A stretch of DNA of 63,183 nucleotides, the filler included, from Octopus bimaculoides (taxonomy: Eukaryota), in assembly GCF_001194135.2 (NCBI RefSeq). It is 5 parts of 3 records of this genome, joined end to end, with 100 filler letters (N's around TTAATTAATTAA, not from the genome) between each part and the next. Parts side by side here need not be neighbours in the genome. Positions count along the whole stretch, not along the records: positions 48,172 to 59,755 come from NC_068987.1; positions 59,856 to 63,183 come from NC_068982.1; 3 more parts are not named here. The stretch is one strand, 5' to 3'. Shown piece by piece: positions 59,545 to 63,183 of this stretch (its first letter is position 1; each line of letters begins with the position of its first letter). A model generated the notes under the pieces. The model did no database searches and had not been told where the DNA came from. It was given only the letters and a program-made list of their open reading frames with translations. The translations under genes were made by a program, and so were the position numbers.

Positions 59545-59628
59545 TCTCCGCCCTCTCTCGCTCTCACTCTCTCACTCTCACTCTCTCTCTCTCTCTCACT
59601 CCCTCTCTCACTCTTTCTCTCTATATCA

Positions 59629-59690
<62 letters not shown>

Positions 59691-59691
59691 A

Positions 59692-59734
<43 letters not shown>

Positions 59735-59755
59735 ATCTATATATATCTATATATA
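59545..59755. repeat. (CT)n plus (CTAT)n compound microsatellite
   Basis: Direct reading. Confidence 0.9.
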
Positions 59756-59855
59756 NNNNNNNNNNNNNNNNNNNNNNNNNNNNNNNNNNNNNNNNNNNNT
59801 TAATTAATTAANNNNNNNNNNNNNNNNNNNNNNNNNNNNNNNNNNNNNNNNNNNN

Positions 59856-59902
<47 letters not shown>

Positions 59903-62470
59903 CCTACATAATATATACATACGTGCATACATATATGTATATATATATATATACATGCCGACACATATACATGCATGCATACATGTACATGCATACATAT
60001 ATCTACGTCTTCCTTTTTTTATACAATTCAGACCTGAGATGTCTACGGATCGTTTTCGACAACATATGACATCTGTCAACGTTCCACAATCATAGAGATT
60101 TCTAATTTGCTTGCACGATTAGGAATTTTGAGTCGAGCAGATAACAGATTTCATCTATTCAATTCCATGCCTGATATATTATCTTATCTAGTCGCAATGG
60201 TAATTTGCAAACTCCACTTCGAAGCGATGTGAGTGCACAATGTCTGAAAATGCAGCGCAATATAATATTCACATACTTAAACTCATGACGGCTGAGTACA
60301 GAATATGTTGGATAGATATCTTAGTCGATTTTAATACATGTCTCCTTCTTTATTTCACCCACCAGGAAAAGCAGAAACTGAAGGTAACCTGGGATACATT
60401 TGGTGTCAGGAAGTGACGGGCTTAAGTCAATTTTCTCTGACGTTCTGATGATTAAGATATGTGAAAGAATTAAAAATATCTTTATTTGCAATGAGGCATA
60501 TTGTGAATTTTTTAAAGGAACACTGCCACCTGTATCAGTTGTGCAATAATGTTTTCGTGTGTATCACTCGGTGCAAGTACTTAGGTCATTTGACCCACCA
60601 TATACCTTGCTTATAATGCAGTTTGGTGAAGAAAAGAAATATAGCTAAACATGTGAAATCTTCTGATCATGTACTTTCAAAACGCAATATTTTATATAAC
60701 TACAATTATTCATATAAACAAACTGACATAAACAGAGACAAAAAGATAAATTGTTACATATAGAGAGTGATAGATAGTGAGGAAAATAAAAGTTATGAAA
60801 AATGATAGTAGAACAAGCCAAAAAGGGAGAGAGAAGCAGGGAAGGAAATTGAATTATGCATACACTTAAATTGGCAAGTTTTCATTATCTACCAAAATAT
60901 GTGTAAATATAAAGAAGATTGATGACTATAATAAGCATTCTTATACATATATGCATGCTCATTTAATACGTATCCCTGATTTCCGCTTTGTGTGTGAATA
61001 AATAAATATATATGTATGTATATGTACATTCATAAGTACATACATATATATGTATGTATGCATATATGCGTACGAACACACACACATATGTGCATAAAGA
61101 ACAGTGTGAGAGAGTTAATCAGATAGCTAATTAACTATTGGAAAATATTCCGAATGGAAAAGAAAAATCCATTGAGTTTTATATTTTCTTTTCTGTTTCA
61201 AACATACTGGGTATATTTCTAAGAAGCAAAGATAATTCCATTCTCATTCTCTGAATCTAGTCTGGCGCTTTGTATGCGCAGTACCAGCATTTTATTTAGA
61301 TAGCTGTTAATATTACATTTTTCCTGTATTAATTCGTTCTGTTGCGAGAGAAAATTGTATGACATTCATTTTAAAATAACTACATTTAAGGAATAACAAT
61401 TTGCTTACTTAGTTTAATTATACAAATATGTTGTTTTCATGAACTGCACAGTGATAAGTTCAGGTAATTCTTTAAACTACCATCTTTAAGTTATAGAAAT
61501 ATAGCAAATCTTCTCTAAACGATACACGGTTTATATCCGCAGACACGCCCATAGATTAGATGGAATTGGTGCAACATGCTTAAGAAAAAAATTATATAAA
61601 CAATCTAGTTCAATATTTAATTAGTCGCTTTCCGCAGACTATGTATTTACCAGGACACGCACACACACACACACACACACACAGACATACACACACACAC
61701 ACACACACACGGAAACACACGATCACACACATACACACACGCGCATGCATGCACATATTCATACAAGCACACAAGTATGGATCAGACACATACAGACACA
61801 CAGTCGAGTACACACAAACACAAGCAAATATACACAAGCAGACATACATGGGCCGGGCAAATACGCACACACACATACAGACACACATACACACACACAA
61901 ACACACACACATTCGCATTATGCGATTTCCCCGCCAACACAATGAAATGATTTAATTTTTGCTTTAATTAATTCNNNNNNNNNNNNNNNNNNNNNNNNNN
62001 NNNNNNNNNNNNNNNNNNNNNNNNNNNNNNNNNNNNNNNNNNNNNNNNNNNNNNNNNNNNNNNNNNNNNNNNNNNNNNNNNNNNNNNNNNNNNNNNNNNN
62101 NNNNNNNNNNNNNNNNNNNNNNNNNNNNNNNNNNNNNNNNNNNNNNNNNNNNNNNNNNNNNNNNNNNNNNNNNNNNNNNNNNNNNNNNNNNNNNNNNNNN
62201 NNNNNNNNNNNNNNNNNNNNNNNNNNNNNNNNNNNNNNNNNNNNNNNNNNNNNNNNNNNNNNNNNNNNNNNNNNNNNNNNNNNNNNNNNNNNNNNNNNNN
62301 NNNNNNNNNNNNNNNNNNNNNNNNNNNNNNNNNNNNNNNNNNNNNNNNNNNNNNNNNNNNNNNNNNNNNNNNNNNNNNNNNNNNNNNNNNNNNNNNNNNN
62401 NNNNNNNNNNNNNNNNNNNNNNNNNNNNCTTCCACAGAAAGAAACACAGAAAGAAACAAGGAGAGAGTTA

Positions 62471-62522
<52 letters not shown>

Positions 62523-62523
<1 letters not shown>

Positions 62524-62650
62524 CCTCAGGCGTGGCCTTGTGGTAAGATGATTGCATCTCAACCGTATGGATCCAGTGGCACCTTACGCGAGTGTCTCTT
62601 ACTATAGCATCGAACCGACCTGGCGTTGTGGGTAAGCAGAAAATGGACAA
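62523..62650 (+). mobile_element. Decayed SINE family A-like head
   Basis: GGCGTGGCCTTGTGGTAAG..GTGGCACCTT..GAGTGTCTCTTACTATAGC.TCGAACCGACC. Confidence 0.6.
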
Positions 62651-63183
62651 AACTTTTGATTAGTTGACAAACTGACTACCATCGGTTATAATTTTTTTAA
62701 TACAAAATTTTATCATTGCCTACAGCCGTTTCTACTACGAATGTCAATCGGCACCTACTAACATTGGTAGAAGAAACAGCTGCAAGCAATGTTAAAGGCT
62801 TGAAATAATAAAATAAAAAAACAAAACATAATAATCGATGATAGTCAATTTGCTTCCCAATGAAAAGTTTCCTCCATTTTCTGTTTATTTTAAATTTGAT
62901 TCCTGATAAACACTTGTTTATTCTATTACTGCCTGTATTCTATGAGCATAGTATGCATGCATAACCATGCCCAGGGTTAACATAGGTAATTTATACTGGT
63001 AGTAATTATAGATAATCCCTTAAACGGTTATTCCAACCGCTAACTTTCCTTACCTTTACATATATGTGTGTGTGTGCATGTGTGTGTGTGCACGCGCGCG
63101 TATGTATATATGTATGTATGCATGTATGTATGTATGTATGTATGTATATATCTATATCTATATATATATATATATATATATAT

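Noticed and set aside
11139-62562. Long ORFs containing X runs, or HT/YI/CV/poly-residue repeats
   Set aside because: They are translations of N-gaps and microsatellites, not genes.

Overview
AT-rich eukaryotic scaffold with about 20 N-gaps (roughly 7 kb in total), four of which contain a TTAATTAATTAA assembly linker. The microsatellite density and repeat families point to a coleoid cephalopod, probably Octopus; this is inference, not a database result. No intact protein-coding gene, rRNA, functional tRNA or CRISPR array can be supported, and nearly all ORF-track entries are microsatellite or gap artefacts or transposon remnants. The window reads as intronic or intergenic DNA made of: tRNA-derived SINEs (two abundant families, labelled A and B here, plus rarer ones); decayed Tc1/mariner elements (a near full-length DD37D/maT copy, mariner deletion and inversion derivatives, MITEs); chains of R4/Dong-clade non-LTR fragments joined by (AAT)n tracts; CR1- and RTE-like LINE ends; and Penelope-like ends. 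The most interesting signal is a set of hammerhead-ribozyme motifs. One is a fully canonical minimal type I hammerhead (21811-21872, minus) inside a module bounded by a direct repeat with 554-bp period. Another lies in a tRNA-headed, SINE-like element (48254-48670) that carries a hammerhead, an inverted 5' copy of its own 3' end and a 12-bp target-site duplication. A few possible micro-exons and promoter-like patches suggest a host gene but are unproven. Repeat boundaries are read by eye and approximate unless exact motifs are quoted.
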